A stretch of 64,000 nucleotides of DNA from a virus. Positions 41,190 through 50,580 of this stretch are shown one piece after another. The notes below the pieces were generated by a model. That model was not told the origin of the DNA. It made no database searches and saw only the letters and a program-made list of their open reading frames with translations. The stretch's first letter is position 1. Every line of letters starts with the position of its first letter. A program made the translations under genes and the position numbers. The stretch covers positions 3,985 through 67,984 of IMG/VR virus record IMGVR_UViG_3300031772_000023. The stretch is one strand, 5' to 3'.

Positions 41190-41591
41190 TTAATAAAATT
41201 TTTCTACTTCTTTTCTTATCAAATCCGGGGAACTACTCATATCATTAGAAATAATATCAATAGTTATATTATACCATTTTTCAAAAGTTTCTGCACTCAT
41301 TTTATCGAAAGATAATGATTGTGGAAAATAATAGTGAAGCCCATCTTTACCTTCGAATTCATCATAATAACCACATCTTATTGTAAGTATTTTTCTATAG
41401 ATTTCTAGCGTAGCATATTTATCTTGATTTTCAAATCCAATATTAAGTAGTGCGAATCCTTTTCTATGAAACTGTACATTTCTGGCTATGGTTGCTTTTA
41501 CTTCAGCACCTACTTTTATCTTATTAGATTGATCTATACTTTCTGAATCAACAGGAGCATAATGACCAGATTTTAGTTTAGTAAGAAACAT
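41190..41591 (-). CDS. DUF1367/NinB-like protein
   Basis: RNVQFHRKGFALL...SLSFDKM...FE. Confidence 0.6.
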   Translation of the reverse strand: MFLTKLKSGHYAPVDSESIDQSNKIKVGAEVKATIARNVQFHRKGFALLNIGFENQDKYATLEIYRKILTIRCGYYDEFEGKDGLHYYFPQSLSFDKMSAETFEKWYNITIDIISNDMSSSPDLIRKEVEKFY

Positions 41592-41963
41592 TTATAATTT
41601 ATAAAAACTAGGTTCGAAATGTCCATTTCCTTTTTCATCTTCTACCCAATGATGTGATTCCCATTTTTTTCTCTTATTGTGTTCTTCTTGGTAAAGCAAC
41701 TGTCTTTTTTTATGAATGGAAATATATTCTTTATTTGACTTATCAGATTTTACTTTTTCATTTAATTCCTCCTCCTCCTTATTCTTTACCCATAACTCTA
41801 CATCAACAATCGTTTTTCCTATTGCCCATGAATACATTTCATAATCGGTTACATATTCTATTTTACCGTTAAATACTTGAAAGCAACACCAACTTTCAAA
41901 CGCTTCGATGCGATACTCTTCAGAATAGCATTGCACTAAAGATGGTATTTTGGTTATTGTCAT
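41592..41963 (-). CDS. Hypothetical protein
   Basis: Abuts downstream gene. Confidence 0.55.
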   Translation of the reverse strand: MTITKIPSLVQCYSEEYRIEAFESWCCFQVFNGKIEYVTDYEMYSWAIGKTIVDVELWVKNKEEEELNEKVKSDKSNKEYISIHKKRQLLYQEEHNKRKKWESHHWVEDEKGNGHFEPSFYKL

Positions 41964-42147
41964 TTTAATTTAAAATAAACCGGAAGGTTTTTTACTCCCT
42001 CCGGTTCTCAGTTAGCGACACCATCCAAGCTATCCACTACTTTTTTTTCATATACCGTGTAAATAGCGTGTCAGTATAAGTATGCCCTTTGGTTTATAGG
42101 TGTCTAGTGGTTTTCTTTAATTATATAACTAATTAATTATCAATAAG

Positions 42148-42762
42148 TTAAAATGGTAAATCTGAATGACTATCTTGATTAACTTCTGCTTCTTGTGGAT
42201 TAAAAAATGCTTTATATTCCTTAGATTCAATTATTTTTTTTCTTAACCATTCCGGCAATGCGCTGAATTTTTTATCATCAAAAGTTTCTAAGGAAAATTC
42301 AAAATTAGGATTTATCTGTGGTGGACATATTACACCTTTGGGAAGACCGGATATTGATGCAATCGTAGCGTATTCTTTTCCACTTGATTTTGATTTTGAA
42401 TATACAATATTAAGCATACAAGGGACACTCAATAGATTTGTTACATCAAATGCTTTTATTTCATCGGCAGTAAATGCCTTGCCGCGCCAACTATATAAAT
42501 CTTTCGATAGATTTGATTTTTCATACATTGATAATGTATATTCCTTTGAGACAGAATAAGGCTCTTCTCCTTTTTCTGGATTAAAAACTTTTTTTTCAGT
42601 TGGAAGCTCCCATGTTATTCTTACCTTGTTTAGGCCCTTAGTCTCTCCCTTAATTATTTCTTTAACAGTTCCGATATGAACCATTGAATAACATCTTGCA
42701 ATGTGATTTCCTGCTGGTGGTAAGTCAGCTATTTTACCTTCGTTTGTTGCTGTGATTGACAT
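42148..42762 (-). CDS. Putative single-stranded DNA-binding or replication protein
   Basis: Acidic tail ending DLPF; PAGNHIARCY N-terminus. Confidence 0.6.
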   Translation of the reverse strand: MSITATNEGKIADLPPAGNHIARCYSMVHIGTVKEIIKGETKGLNKVRITWELPTEKKVFNPEKGEEPYSVSKEYTLSMYEKSNLSKDLYSWRGKAFTADEIKAFDVTNLLSVPCMLNIVYSKSKSSGKEYATIASISGLPKGVICPPQINPNFEFSLETFDDKKFSALPEWLRKKIIESKEYKAFFNPQEAEVNQDSHSDLPF

Positions 42763-43288
42763 TGTTTTTTTTGTTTAATTGTTTATATATTGGTTTATTT
42801 ATTATTTTCTAATAAGCGGCCATTCTATCCCTTTTTCTTTAGCACAAATTTCACAGGCTTGGTGATAGTTGCAATCACATTTAAATCCAAACAGATTCAT
42901 AATATCATCTACTGTTCTTTCTGGGAATTCTGAATTCCTAGCTAAAATCTTTATTACTTCAACTCTTTTTTCTTGGCGTGTCATATTGTTTATATTAATT
43001 TTACAGCCCTGTTGCATCTTCTTTCGTATCCTTCGTCAATTAGGGTGTAGTTTATTGGTGATTCTTTTATAAGTTAGTTGTTTTTCTCCACGTAGGAGTT
43101 CCATAATTCTTGATTTTTCATTTTGACCATATTAAAATTTTAGTTATATCTTCCTATGCATATTTCATCTATAGTTCTCTTTGCTTCTTTTCTCTTGGCA
43201 AATCCAATTGGTATAGCGATTGATAGGAGAAATACGATTGTGATTAGTGTGTCCATAGTTATTTTTTTGTTATAGGTTTTGATATTGA

Positions 43289-43313
43289 TACGTGAGAAAT
43301 TTTAAAAGGTTAC
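43289..43313 (-). promoter_or_regulatory. ECF-sigma-like promoter motif, copy 3
   Basis: Minus strand GTAACCTTTTAAAATTTCTCACGTA. Confidence 0.6.
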
Positions 43314-43816
43314 AATATTTTTTTAATTATTATTTCAACTCTCTGATTTTTTCTTCTACACTTAAACTGCTCAGGTGGAATTGATTTAATAAATTCTGGA
43401 CTATCTCCGGAAATTATACCCAAAGTAGAGAAACAGTCATAAAGTACTTTTCTTTTACTTGGCAAGTTATCTTCTGTATCAGAAAGTTGCGACACGAATG
43501 ACTTGAACGAAATCGAAACTATATCTTTAAATTTAGGAGGATTTAAAGCCGTTAATCTCCACATCATTGCTTTTTTTCTCTTTAATCTATTAGTCCAATG
43601 CTCAGACATTAATCCATTTCTTCCATTAAGCCCCGGTATAAGCCCAGCAAGTGTTATTTTAACCCAACCTTCACCTATCTCTATTGTATCGCTTACGGTG
43701 GTCTCGCTGAGTGAACTACGGCCTAGTTTTACGGCCCTAGGAACAGATATAGGCTTTATAATAGCTTTTCGTCCGTATTTGGCTTGATATTCGGAAGCGG
43801 ACATTTGTTCGGTCAT
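43310..43816 (-). CDS. RusA-like Holliday junction resolvase
   Basis: PGLN...DTEDNL...K.LYD...GII.GDS...RVEI. Confidence 0.55.
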   Translation of the reverse strand: MTEQMSASEYQAKYGRKAIIKPISVPRAVKLGRSSLSETTVSDTIEIGEGWVKITLAGLIPGLNGRNGLMSEHWTNRLKRKKAMMWRLTALNPPKFKDIVSISFKSFVSQLSDTEDNLPSKRKVLYDCFSTLGIISGDSPEFIKSIPPEQFKCRRKNQRVEIIIKKIL

Positions 43817-43826
43817 TATGTTGATT

Positions 43827-44666
43827 TTAAAAGTTTATATTGTTTATTGGAGACTGTATTTTTGAAATTAAGTTGTGTGAGATATGAGTATAGATTTCAG
43901 TCGTTCTTACGTCTGAATGACCAGCTAGTCTTTTTATAAGTAAAATATCTGTACCCATTTCTACCATGTGTGTGAAAGTGCAATGACGGATAAGGTGTGT
44001 ATAAACTCTTTTAGAAAGTCCTGCCGATTTAGCGAGTTGTTTTATTACCTCGCCAACTGATCTTGCCGAATATTGCAAATCATTTTGTCCATTAAAAACA
44101 TAAATAACGGATTTGTATTCTCTGTAATATTTTTCGAGCAATGGGATAACGTTAGGATTCAATCCTACCTGCCTGTCCTTTTTACCCTTTGCTTGAATAA
44201 TATTTATTATCATCCTACTTCTATCAATATGTGACCATTTTAAATTTATTATCTCAGATACACGAAGGCCGCATGAATATAGTAAAGCAAAAATAGTTTT
44301 GTGTTTCAGATTCTCACATACATTAAACATTCTCTGTATTTCCTCTTGAGATAAAACTATTGGCAGCTTTTTAGATTTCCTCGGACGCTCTATATATTTG
44401 AATTTCTCAATTCCAACATGAGCGACCTTTTCATAATAAATCTTTATTGCCGAATGATAACCGGAATGGGTTGATGGTTCTTGAAATTGACCAAGGAATT
44501 GAATTATCATTTCGTGATTAATTCTATCGGGATGAGTAACTTCTTTCCTTTCAAAGTGCGCAAGGAATCCAGTAAAGTTACTACAATAATTACTTACTGA
44601 TCTAGGAGAGTATTTTCTAAACTCCATATACTTTCTGAGTTGATTGGTATGCTCTGAAATATTCAT
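43827..44666 (-). CDS. Tyrosine recombinase, integron-integrase-like but without the IntI-specific insertion
   Basis: SAM-like N-terminus (YSPRSVSNY), KKLPIVLSQEE, catalytic GLRVSE / AKGKKDR / HLIRH / AGH / IYTH. Confidence 0.92.
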   Translation of the reverse strand: MNISEHTNQLRKYMEFRKYSPRSVSNYCSNFTGFLAHFERKEVTHPDRINHEMIIQFLGQFQEPSTHSGYHSAIKIYYEKVAHVGIEKFKYIERPRKSKKLPIVLSQEEIQRMFNVCENLKHKTIFALLYSCGLRVSEIINLKWSHIDRSRMIINIIQAKGKKDRQVGLNPNVIPLLEKYYREYKSVIYVFNGQNDLQYSARSVGEVIKQLAKSAGLSKRVYTHLIRHCTFTHMVEMGTDILLIKRLAGHSDVRTTEIYTHISHNLISKIQSPINNINF

Positions 44667-44697
44667 TTGATTACTGTTTAATTATTAGATAGTTACA

Positions 44698-44721
44698 TAA
44701 TATGTAATACATATACATGTT
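44698..44721 (+). repeat. attI-like primary site
   Basis: TAATATGTAATACATATACATGTT, 31 bp upstream of the recombinase start; ends in the first GTT of the array; no hairpin. Confidence 0.8.
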
Positions 44722-44733
44722 CTACGCAATTGT

Positions 44734-45012
44734 TCAAGGGGCAACAGCCACAGCCGTTTTACTATTCTGTATTTCTTCATGCTTTTCAAGTTCCTCTTTG
44801 AAATTGTGCATTGCAGAAATCATACAAGTTAATCCCCCTTCGTAGTTTGCAATCCATTCTTCCCAACCATACGAGCGTTTAATATCGTGCATCTTACCTC
44901 TCGTTCTATCTATCTCACATCTGAGTTCTTCAATTAATTCACTCATCGGTTTATCCATTTCATCTGCACTTTTGTAGTAAATTGGATTTTGGTCTTTGTT
45001 TTTTCTTTCCAT
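44734..45012 (-). CDS. Cassette 1 hypothetical protein
   Basis: Inside GTTCTACGCAATTGTTCAAGGGGC / GCCCCTTGAACAACTGACGTAGAAC inverted ends. Confidence 0.7.
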   Translation of the reverse strand: MERKNKDQNPIYYKSADEMDKPMSELIEELRCEIDRTRGKMHDIKRSYGWEEWIANYEGGLTCMISAMHNFKEELEKHEEIQNSKTAVAVAP

Positions 45013-45070
45013 TGTGTTTTATTTTTTAGTTATTAATTTCTTACAGCCGCCCCTTGAACAACTGACGTAG

Positions 45071-45151
45071 AACAAGCGGGTTTAATTCCATTGTCAAAAT
45101 CATTTCATCGTTGCGGGATATTTTGCCAACGAAATAAACCCGCAGGACGTT
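45071..45151 (+). repeat. attC-like hairpin 1
   Basis: AAC-aa-gcgggttta...taaacccgc-aggac-GTT. Confidence 0.8.
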
Positions 45152-45180
45152 ATATTCAATTCGTTTTTTCAATTTAAAAA

Positions 45181-45558
45181 TTAAGAGGTTGCTTCGTTGT
45201 GGCAACTGCAATCACATATACTTTTTGGAAACTCTCCGCAATCGCAATTTTCGCAAGTTCTCCATTTGGGTAATTTTTTTGTGCCTTTAATAAACTTCTG
45301 CCATTCATAATTATTTTTTGGTTCATAGTTCCATGCTTTTCTCAATTCATCTTCGGTGAAAAGTGTTTTGTTTTCGGTAATGATGCGATTGAGCATATCA
45401 ATTTTGTCCTCATAGTATTTTGCCCTGCCATTATCATCTTCAAATTGTAGTGCAAATTCATTCATCGCATCTAAAACTTCTTTCGTGAAGTATTCTGTAT
45501 TGCCACTTACATTTTTGAACGGACAATGTTTCTCTAAAATTTCTTTTGCTGTTTTCAT
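45181..45558 (-). CDS. Cassette 2 hypothetical protein
   Basis: MKTAKEIL..., Cys-rich C-terminus. Confidence 0.7.
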   Translation of the reverse strand: MKTAKEILEKHCPFKNVSGNTEYFTKEVLDAMNEFALQFEDDNGRAKYYEDKIDMLNRIITENKTLFTEDELRKAWNYEPKNNYEWQKFIKGTKKLPKWRTCENCDCGEFPKSICDCSCHNEATS

Positions 45559-45616
45559 TTTGATTGTAGTTTATATTGTGAAAGTATTTTTAAATTGAAA
45601 AAACGAACTGGAATAT

Positions 45617-45678
45617 AACAAGGGATTAAAAGAAATTGGCTGAAAAAAGAAGCCAACTTCTTTAATCCCCGATGCGTT
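45617..45678 (+). repeat. attC-like hairpin 2
   Basis: AAC-aa-gggattaaa...ttggct / agccaa...tttaatccc-cgatgc-GTT. Confidence 0.85.
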
Positions 45679-45728
45679 GTGCGCAATTTTTTGTGTATTA
45701 AAATGGGCAACAGCCACAGCCTGCATAC

Positions 45729-46346
45729 TTAAAATAGTTTTACCTGCATTGTTCGTTCTTTAAAATTTTTCATTGCATCATCATAATATCCTTTGTCAAT
45801 TTCACACGCCACCAAATCAAATTCTTTATAGTGGCAAGCAATGGCAATGTTTCCGCTTCCCAAATGTGTATCGAGTATTTTGTTTCCCTGCTCTGCATAT
45901 TCCTTTAGCAAAAATTCATATACTCTTATTGGCTTTTGGCATGGATGAACTTTGCCTCTGTAATCTCCTTTTGCCAATGGGTCACGCTTGTAAATTTTTG
46001 CGCATCTATCAAATGAAGTCCATGCCATTTCACATTCGGCATAAGTTCTATTTTTGAAACCTTCGCCTTTATCCCAAATCACAAAGCATCTTGTCGGTGG
46101 CAATCCAAAATAATTTCCACCCCATATAATTTGATTTTTGCTAACTCTAAATAGTTCATCAAAATATGCTTTGTCTGGGATTGCCTTATCCCAATCCTTC
46201 TTTTCAAAATTATTGAAGCCTTTATATCCAACATTGCCACCATCCATTCCAATTCCATAAGGCGGGTCAACTATTGCCAAATCAAAATGCTGGTCAGGAT
46301 ATTCTGCCATTAACTTCATGCAGTCTATGTTTCTAATATCAATCAT
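45729..46346 (-). CDS. Cassette 3 DNA methyltransferase (N6/N4, beta order)
   Basis: DPPYG before ILDTHLGSG; HPCQKP; likely start MIDIRNIDCM. Confidence 0.9.
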   Translation of the reverse strand: MIDIRNIDCMKLMAEYPDQHFDLAIVDPPYGIGMDGGNVGYKGFNNFEKKDWDKAIPDKAYFDELFRVSKNQIIWGGNYFGLPPTRCFVIWDKGEGFKNRTYAECEMAWTSFDRCAKIYKRDPLAKGDYRGKVHPCQKPIRVYEFLLKEYAEQGNKILDTHLGSGNIAIACHYKEFDLVACEIDKGYYDDAMKNFKERTMQVKLF

Positions 46347-46397
46347 AACAGCCGCCCATTTTAATACACAAAAAACTGTAAAGGCTAAAGCCCGCAC

Positions 46398-46504
46398 AAC
46401 ATAGGGTTTGCACTAATTTTCCTTCAACTTTTTTATTCTGTTTCATTTGTTTCAGTCAAACCGTTTGAGGCAAACGCCCTTCGGGTAGTCAAACCCTTGA
46501 ACTT
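46398..46504 (+). repeat. attC-like hairpin 3 (core CTT)
   Basis: AAC-at-agggtttg...caaaccct-tgaa-CTT. Confidence 0.7.
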
Positions 46505-46778
46505 AAATGCAATAGCTACGACCCCGCTCCGTAAGTTCAACTTTGCCATTTTTGCGTTCAACCAATTTATAATCCTCAAGTTTGTATATTGTTGCCCAAC
46601 TAATGTTTTTCATAGCATTATTTGAGTAAAAACATATTGCGTTAATGCCAGATAGATAGTATATAATCTCGTTAGCTTGTAAAGTTGATATTACTTCCTT
46701 TTGAGCTTTAGATAATTTAACCGCTACTGCATTTAACACGGGTTTGGCAAAAAAGCCGTTTTGGTCTTCGTTTGACAT
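46503..46778 (-). CDS. Cassette 4 winged-helix-like protein; starts inside hairpin loop
   Basis: LSKAQKEVI...LVE...ELTERG. Confidence 0.65.
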   Translation of the reverse strand: MSNEDQNGFFAKPVLNAVAVKLSKAQKEVISTLQANEIIYYLSGINAICFYSNNAMKNISWATIYKLEDYKLVERKNGKVELTERGRSYCI

Positions 46779-46852
46779 ATTGTTCTAATTTTTAAGTTTT
46801 GTAATTCTATTTGACTTTTCGTTTCGGCTTCTTCGCCAAGCCCGCAACCGTT
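46735..46852 (+). repeat. attC-like hairpin 4
   Basis: AAC-a-cgggtttggc...gccaagcccg-caacc-GTT. Confidence 0.85.
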
Positions 46853-46980
46853 GCACCGCAAGGCGGTGCAACTAAGTCCGCGTACCGCGTGCCGCCCTGC
46901 GGGCAACATCCCGTTTGATGCCAGCGCCGGGCATTGATGTGAAGCCACATCTGCCCGCGCCCGCACAAACGCGGACAGTT
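46850..46980. mobile_element. Cassette 5, gene-less GC-rich mini-cassette
   Basis: GTTGCACCGC-AAG-GCGGTGCAAC directly followed by hairpin gtccgcgt...acgcggac-a-GTT. Confidence 0.7.
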
Positions 46981-46999
46981 GGGCGCAATTTGTATTTGT

Positions 47000-47206
47000 T
47001 CAAAGGGGGCTAACAGCCAACGACACCTCATGGTCTATATAGTTATACATTTTCATTTTAAATTTCTCTTTCCCTCCCAATAATTTTATACTGCTTTTTT
47101 TAACCCACAAAAAAGATAATGGAATTGCTTTGTCCTTTATCGGCTTTCTTCCTGCACCTTTTCGTGCGCCCCCTCGTTTTGATTTTTTCATGTTCTCTGT
47201 CCGCAT
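47000..47206 (-). CDS. Cassette 6 small basic protein (GGARKGAGRKP motif)
   Basis: Same motif type as 60576..60767. Confidence 0.6.
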   Translation of the reverse strand: MRTENMKKSKRGGARKGAGRKPIKDKAIPLSFLWVKKSSIKLLGGKEKFKMKMYNYIDHEVSLAVSPL

Positions 47207-47264
47207 TGAAGCGCACGGCTGAACCGCAGAGAAACCGTCCTACTGACTTAGCAGAACAGCAGGA

Positions 47265-47693
47265 TTACGCTTCAACTGAATTATTCTTTTTCAGTAATTC
47301 TACAAGCTCCTCCATTGAATTTTTAAGCCGACTAATTTCATCTTTCAAATCGTCAATGATTGGCTCTTTATAAACATGGTATTTATTATAATTTGACCAG
47401 CCGATTGAATAAAGAAGTGACTGAATTTTGTAGGTGCTTCCCATGATTTTGCATTTATCTACATGAGAATAGTCGAGTTTATTCGGGTCTCTTTCTTCTT
47501 CTGGAGTACCATACTGATAATCCTTACCAAATTCAATCTGTTCAATAATAATATCATCCAAATCATCATTGGTTTCAATTATAAAAGAGGAATTATAATC
47601 CTCAATAAATAATGATTCACCTGTTTCAGTGATGACTCTGAATCCACATTCGTGTGGATGTTTTTTCCATGAAATAATCTTTTTTGTTTTCAT
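47265..47693 (-). CDS. Cassette 6 hypothetical protein
   Basis: Likely start MKTKKII, downstream of near-consensus -7 box at 47733-47740. Confidence 0.65.
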   Translation of the reverse strand: MKTKKIISWKKHPHECGFRVITETGESLFIEDYNSSFIIETNDDLDDIIIEQIEFGKDYQYGTPEEERDPNKLDYSHVDKCKIMGSTYKIQSLLYSIGWSNYNKYHVYKEPIIDDLKDEISRLKNSMEELVELLKKNNSVEA

Positions 47694-47855
47694 TGTGCTA
47701 AGTTTTAATTGTTGATGTTTTGATTTGTAACGTAAAGATAAGTATTTAATTTGAATTGGCAATAGGTTTAATCAAATATATTTTCAATACAAGAATAGTG
47801 CCAAAACAGCCGCCCCCTTTGAACAAATACAAACTGCAAGGGCTAAAGCCCGCCC

Positions 47856-47965
47856 AACATAGGATTTGCAGTAATTGGTCATTTCCTTTTTTATTTTTTT
47901 CATATTGATAAATGCCCAACCAAAACGAGGCGTTTTGCCCTTCGGGTACTCAAACCCTCACCATT
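47856..47965 (+). repeat. attC-like hairpin 6 (core ATT)
   Basis: AAC-at-aggatttg...caaaccct-cacc-ATT; related to hairpin 3. Confidence 0.7.
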
Positions 47966-48317
47966 ATCCGCAAGCGTTCAAAGGGGCAACAGCCTCCCAG
48001 CCAATCCCATTCGCCATTTCTTCTTTCAACATTTTCTGTAATGCAGGTAATATTTTCTCCGCAAATCTGTTACAAGCTGTTTCGCATTTTTTGCCATACA
48101 AAATGTAAGCCATTCCTGTGTACATTTTAGTTCCGAAGTAACCAATATTTAAACCGATTAGAAAATCTCGGAAATCTTTATCTCCGTAACTTCTCCAAGC
48201 AAAGGAAAGGTTTCCCCAATCCGTAACCGATGCGAACATTCCATCTGATGTTAGAACTATTTGTCCTAACCATTCTCCATTGTCGCCTTTCAGCGAGTAA
48301 CTTTTTGATTGTACCAT
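47964..48317 (-). CDS. Cassette 7 hypothetical protein
   Basis: Stop codon overlaps the junction core. Confidence 0.7.
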   Translation of the reverse strand: MVQSKSYSLKGDNGEWLGQIVLTSDGMFASVTDWGNLSFAWRSYGDKDFRDFLIGLNIGYFGTKMYTGMAYILYGKKCETACNRFAEKILPALQKMLKEEMANGIGWEAVAPLNACG

Positions 48318-48383
48318 TTTGTTTTTATGTTTTAGTTATTGTTTCAAGTTTCTTACAGCCGCCCCTTTGAACGCCAGACGGAT

Positions 48384-48462
48384 AACATCGGATATAGTCA
48401 AGTAAAATTTCCTTCTCATAGTTGCTATTGATAAATTTTCCCTGCCCATATCCGTCAGCGTT
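48384..48462 (+). repeat. attC-like hairpin 7
   Basis: AAC-at-cggatat...atatccg-tcagc-GTT. Confidence 0.75.
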
Positions 48463-48533
48463 AGCAGACATTGTAATTATTAAAAAAACAAAAGCCACCG
48501 CACTCTTTAAATTTTTCAAATTTATAAAATGTT

Positions 48534-49079
48534 TTATTTCGTAATCGTTTCAAACACTATCTTCTTTGGTAAAATATCCTTCGTAACATACACACTTGAA
48601 AACGGAGGGTTCAAACTCGGTTTTTGGTCTGCATAGCTTTTAAAGTAGCTTATCCGTTTATTAAAATACATTATTTCAAATTCGTTATCCTTAAACATAT
48701 TAAATCGTTTTTGGCTTTCAAACAATCCAACTACTCCAACAAGCATCGCAAATGGTTTTCCAAGTTCAAATAGTTTTTGGAATACTTCTGCTTTAATTGA
48801 GTAGGGCGGATTTGAAATAATGTAATCAAAGTTCACAAGAAATTCAGTTGTAAAAAAATCTCTACCATCTGAAATATGTGAGCAAATAGCATCGTGTCCT
48901 TGTTCTCTAAGCATTTTTACAAAGTTACTTTCTTCCGTATCAAACGGACACCACACAATACTTTTTGGCTTCAAGTATTTCATAAGCGGTTCTATTGCAT
49001 ATCTTGGTGTATAAAATTCATCATTCGGATTTATTTCTCCGTTCATTTCTGCTTTGTTTGTAATCTCGTCCAGTTTCAT
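48534..49079 (-). CDS. Cassette 8 small adenine methyltransferase-like protein
   Basis: DEFYTP, VWCPFD, DFF, IISNPPYS. Confidence 0.75.
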   Translation of the reverse strand: MKLDEITNKAEMNGEINPNDEFYTPRYAIEPLMKYLKPKSIVWCPFDTEESNFVKMLREQGHDAICSHISDGRDFFTTEFLVNFDYIISNPPYSIKAEVFQKLFELGKPFAMLVGVVGLFESQKRFNMFKDNEFEIMYFNKRISYFKSYADQKPSLNPPFSSVYVTKDILPKKIVFETITK

Positions 49080-49176
49080 ATTTCTTAGTTTAAATTAAGA
49101 GCCGACACACACCTTCCCTTTTTGTTTTTTTAATAATTACAACGAGCCTACGCTCAAAATCCCACCGCACTCTGCT

Positions 49177-49235
49177 AACACTGGGTTTAACGTCAGTTTG
49201 CGAAAAGCAAACCGAACGTAAACCCAGATACCGTT
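49177..49235 (+). repeat. attC-like hairpin 8
   Basis: AAC-a-ctgggttta...taaacccag-atacc-GTT. Confidence 0.85.
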
Positions 49236-49458
49236 ATGCGTAATTATTCAGCAACGCCACTACCTTAACCGCCATTTCTCTATCACCCCAAAAGCCCTCA
49301 CACACTCTACGGTCACACCATAAATCTAAATGTGTTCGTGGCTTATCGTGTTCACCAATTTCATAGTATCTAACCTTCCCTCTAACCACTTCTCTGAACA
49401 CATAACTGCGCATAACAGGAAGATTAGAAGAAATTTCTTTTTTGTTTTCAGTTTCCAT
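49234..49458 (-). CDS. Cassette 9 hypothetical protein; starts inside hairpin loop
   Basis: ISSNLPVMRS is encoded by the hairpin arm. Confidence 0.65.
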   Translation of the reverse strand: METENKKEISSNLPVMRSYVFREVVRGKVRYYEIGEHDKPRTHLDLWCDRRVCEGFWGDREMAVKVVALLNNYA

Positions 49459-49546
49459 ATTGAGTTTTGTTTTTAATTATTAGCATTTCGTTTTCAATCA
49501 AAGTTTGCGGAGACAAAAAAGAAACTTCTCTAATCTCCGATGCGTT
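49414..49546 (+). repeat. attC-like hairpin 9
   Basis: AAC-a-ggaagattagaagaaatttc...gaaacttctctaatctcc-gatgc-GTT. Confidence 0.85.
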
Positions 49547-49575
49547 ACCCAAAATAAAAGTGGGCAATTAGCATC

Positions 49576-49725
49576 CTACTTTGAAAATGCTTTTATATAT
49601 TGTTTAATCGTTGCCTTTTTAAATCCTCGTCTCATTAATTGGCTAACGATTACACCATTTGTTTTTCCGTCTCCGAGCAAGTATCTTACTTGCCATTGGA
49701 GGTCTCGCTTTTCTTCGTTTGTCAT
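49576..49725 (-). CDS. Cassette 10 small protein (49 aa, not in ORF track)
   Basis: MTNEEKRDLQWQVRYLLGDGKTNGVIVSQLMRRGFKKATIKQYIKAFSK. Confidence 0.6.
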   Translation of the reverse strand: MTNEEKRDLQWQVRYLLGDGKTNGVIVSQLMRRGFKKATIKQYIKAFSK

Positions 49726-49775
49726 AATATTTATTTTAAAAGTTAATTTTCGTTTTGCCCACTTTTACTTCGGGT

Positions 49776-49868
49776 AACATAGTTTTGTGTGCCAGTTGGC
49801 TTCACCATTTTATTTTCTTCAATTTGTTTCATCCAACCGTTCCCTTCGGGCAACAAAACTTGTCCGTT
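49776..49868 (+). repeat. attC-like hairpin 10
   Basis: AAC-at-agttttgt...acaaaact-tgtcc-GTT. Confidence 0.75.
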
Positions 49869-49886
49869 ATCGGTCAGCACTACATT

Positions 49887-50138
49887 TCATTGAAAAGATA
49901 ATGATTCTAACTCCCACTTAGCGGACTTATGCGAAAAAACTAATGCTGTACCCCATCCTGCATGTGGGACTAAAACATCATAACTAATATACTTCCAATT
50001 TTCAAAGTATGTTTGTAAAAACACTACATACCCATCAATTTCTATTGGTATCCAAGCAAACTTCTTTGCTTTACATACTTGTCCAATAAAATAATTTTCT
50101 TTAACAAGTATCTTTTTTTCTCTTTTTTTAAACTTCAT
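49887..50138 (-). CDS. Cassette 11 hypothetical protein
   Basis: KFAWIPI..G..VFLQ.Y. Confidence 0.65.
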   Translation of the reverse strand: MKFKKREKKILVKENYFIGQVCKAKKFAWIPIEIDGYVVFLQTYFENWKYISYDVLVPHAGWGTALVFSHKSAKWELESLSFQ

Positions 50139-50199
50139 AAAACATTAATTTTTGACGTTAGCAATAACTCCTCTATAATTTTACCCGTGCCGAACCGAT

Positions 50200-50326
50200 A
50201 ACAAGGGGTTTTGTGCTATTGCGGCTTGACGTTCTTAATTTCAACATTTGTTTTTCAATCGGGCTGCATCTGTGGTTTGAACTGCGGTAATTCTATTTCC
50301 GCAACAGACACAAAGCCCTGTTCGTT
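50200..50326 (+). repeat. attC-like hairpin 11
   Basis: AAC..gggttttgtgctattgcgg...ccgcaacagacacaaagccc..GTT. Confidence 0.85.
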
Positions 50327-50350
50327 ATAAAACATTGCCATTCCAGTTCA

Positions 50351-50521
50351 TCAATGAAAGTGGGTGCATCTATAACATTCAACATTTCTATTTTCACATT
50401 CCCTATGCCAAAAGGAATGGCAACGCTTTATAACAGGAAGATTTGAAGAAATTTTATTTACTTCCTTATCTGCTTTTTTAGGCGTTTTTGCTTTAACTTT
50501 CTTTACTGCTTTTTTCATCAT
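50351..50521 (-). CDS. Cassette 12 small Cys/His protein (56 aa, not in ORF track); starts inside hairpin loop
   Basis: MMKKAVKK...ISSNLPVIKRCHSFWHRECENRNVECYRCTHFH. Confidence 0.55.
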   Translation of the reverse strand: MMKKAVKKVKAKTPKKADKEVNKISSNLPVIKRCHSFWHRECENRNVECYRCTHFH

Positions 50522-50569
50522 TTGTGCTTTTAAGTCGTAAATAAAACATTCTCAAATCTCCGATGCGTT
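50432..50569 (+). repeat. attC-like hairpin 12
   Basis: Same arm family as hairpin 9. Confidence 0.85.
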
Positions 50570-50580
50570 AGTGGCAAGTG

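Noticed and set aside
43827-44666. Ordinary prophage integrase
   Set aside because: It lacks an arm-binding-type N-terminus, no prophage junction or host genes are seen, and it abuts the cassette array. A second role in lysogeny cannot be excluded.
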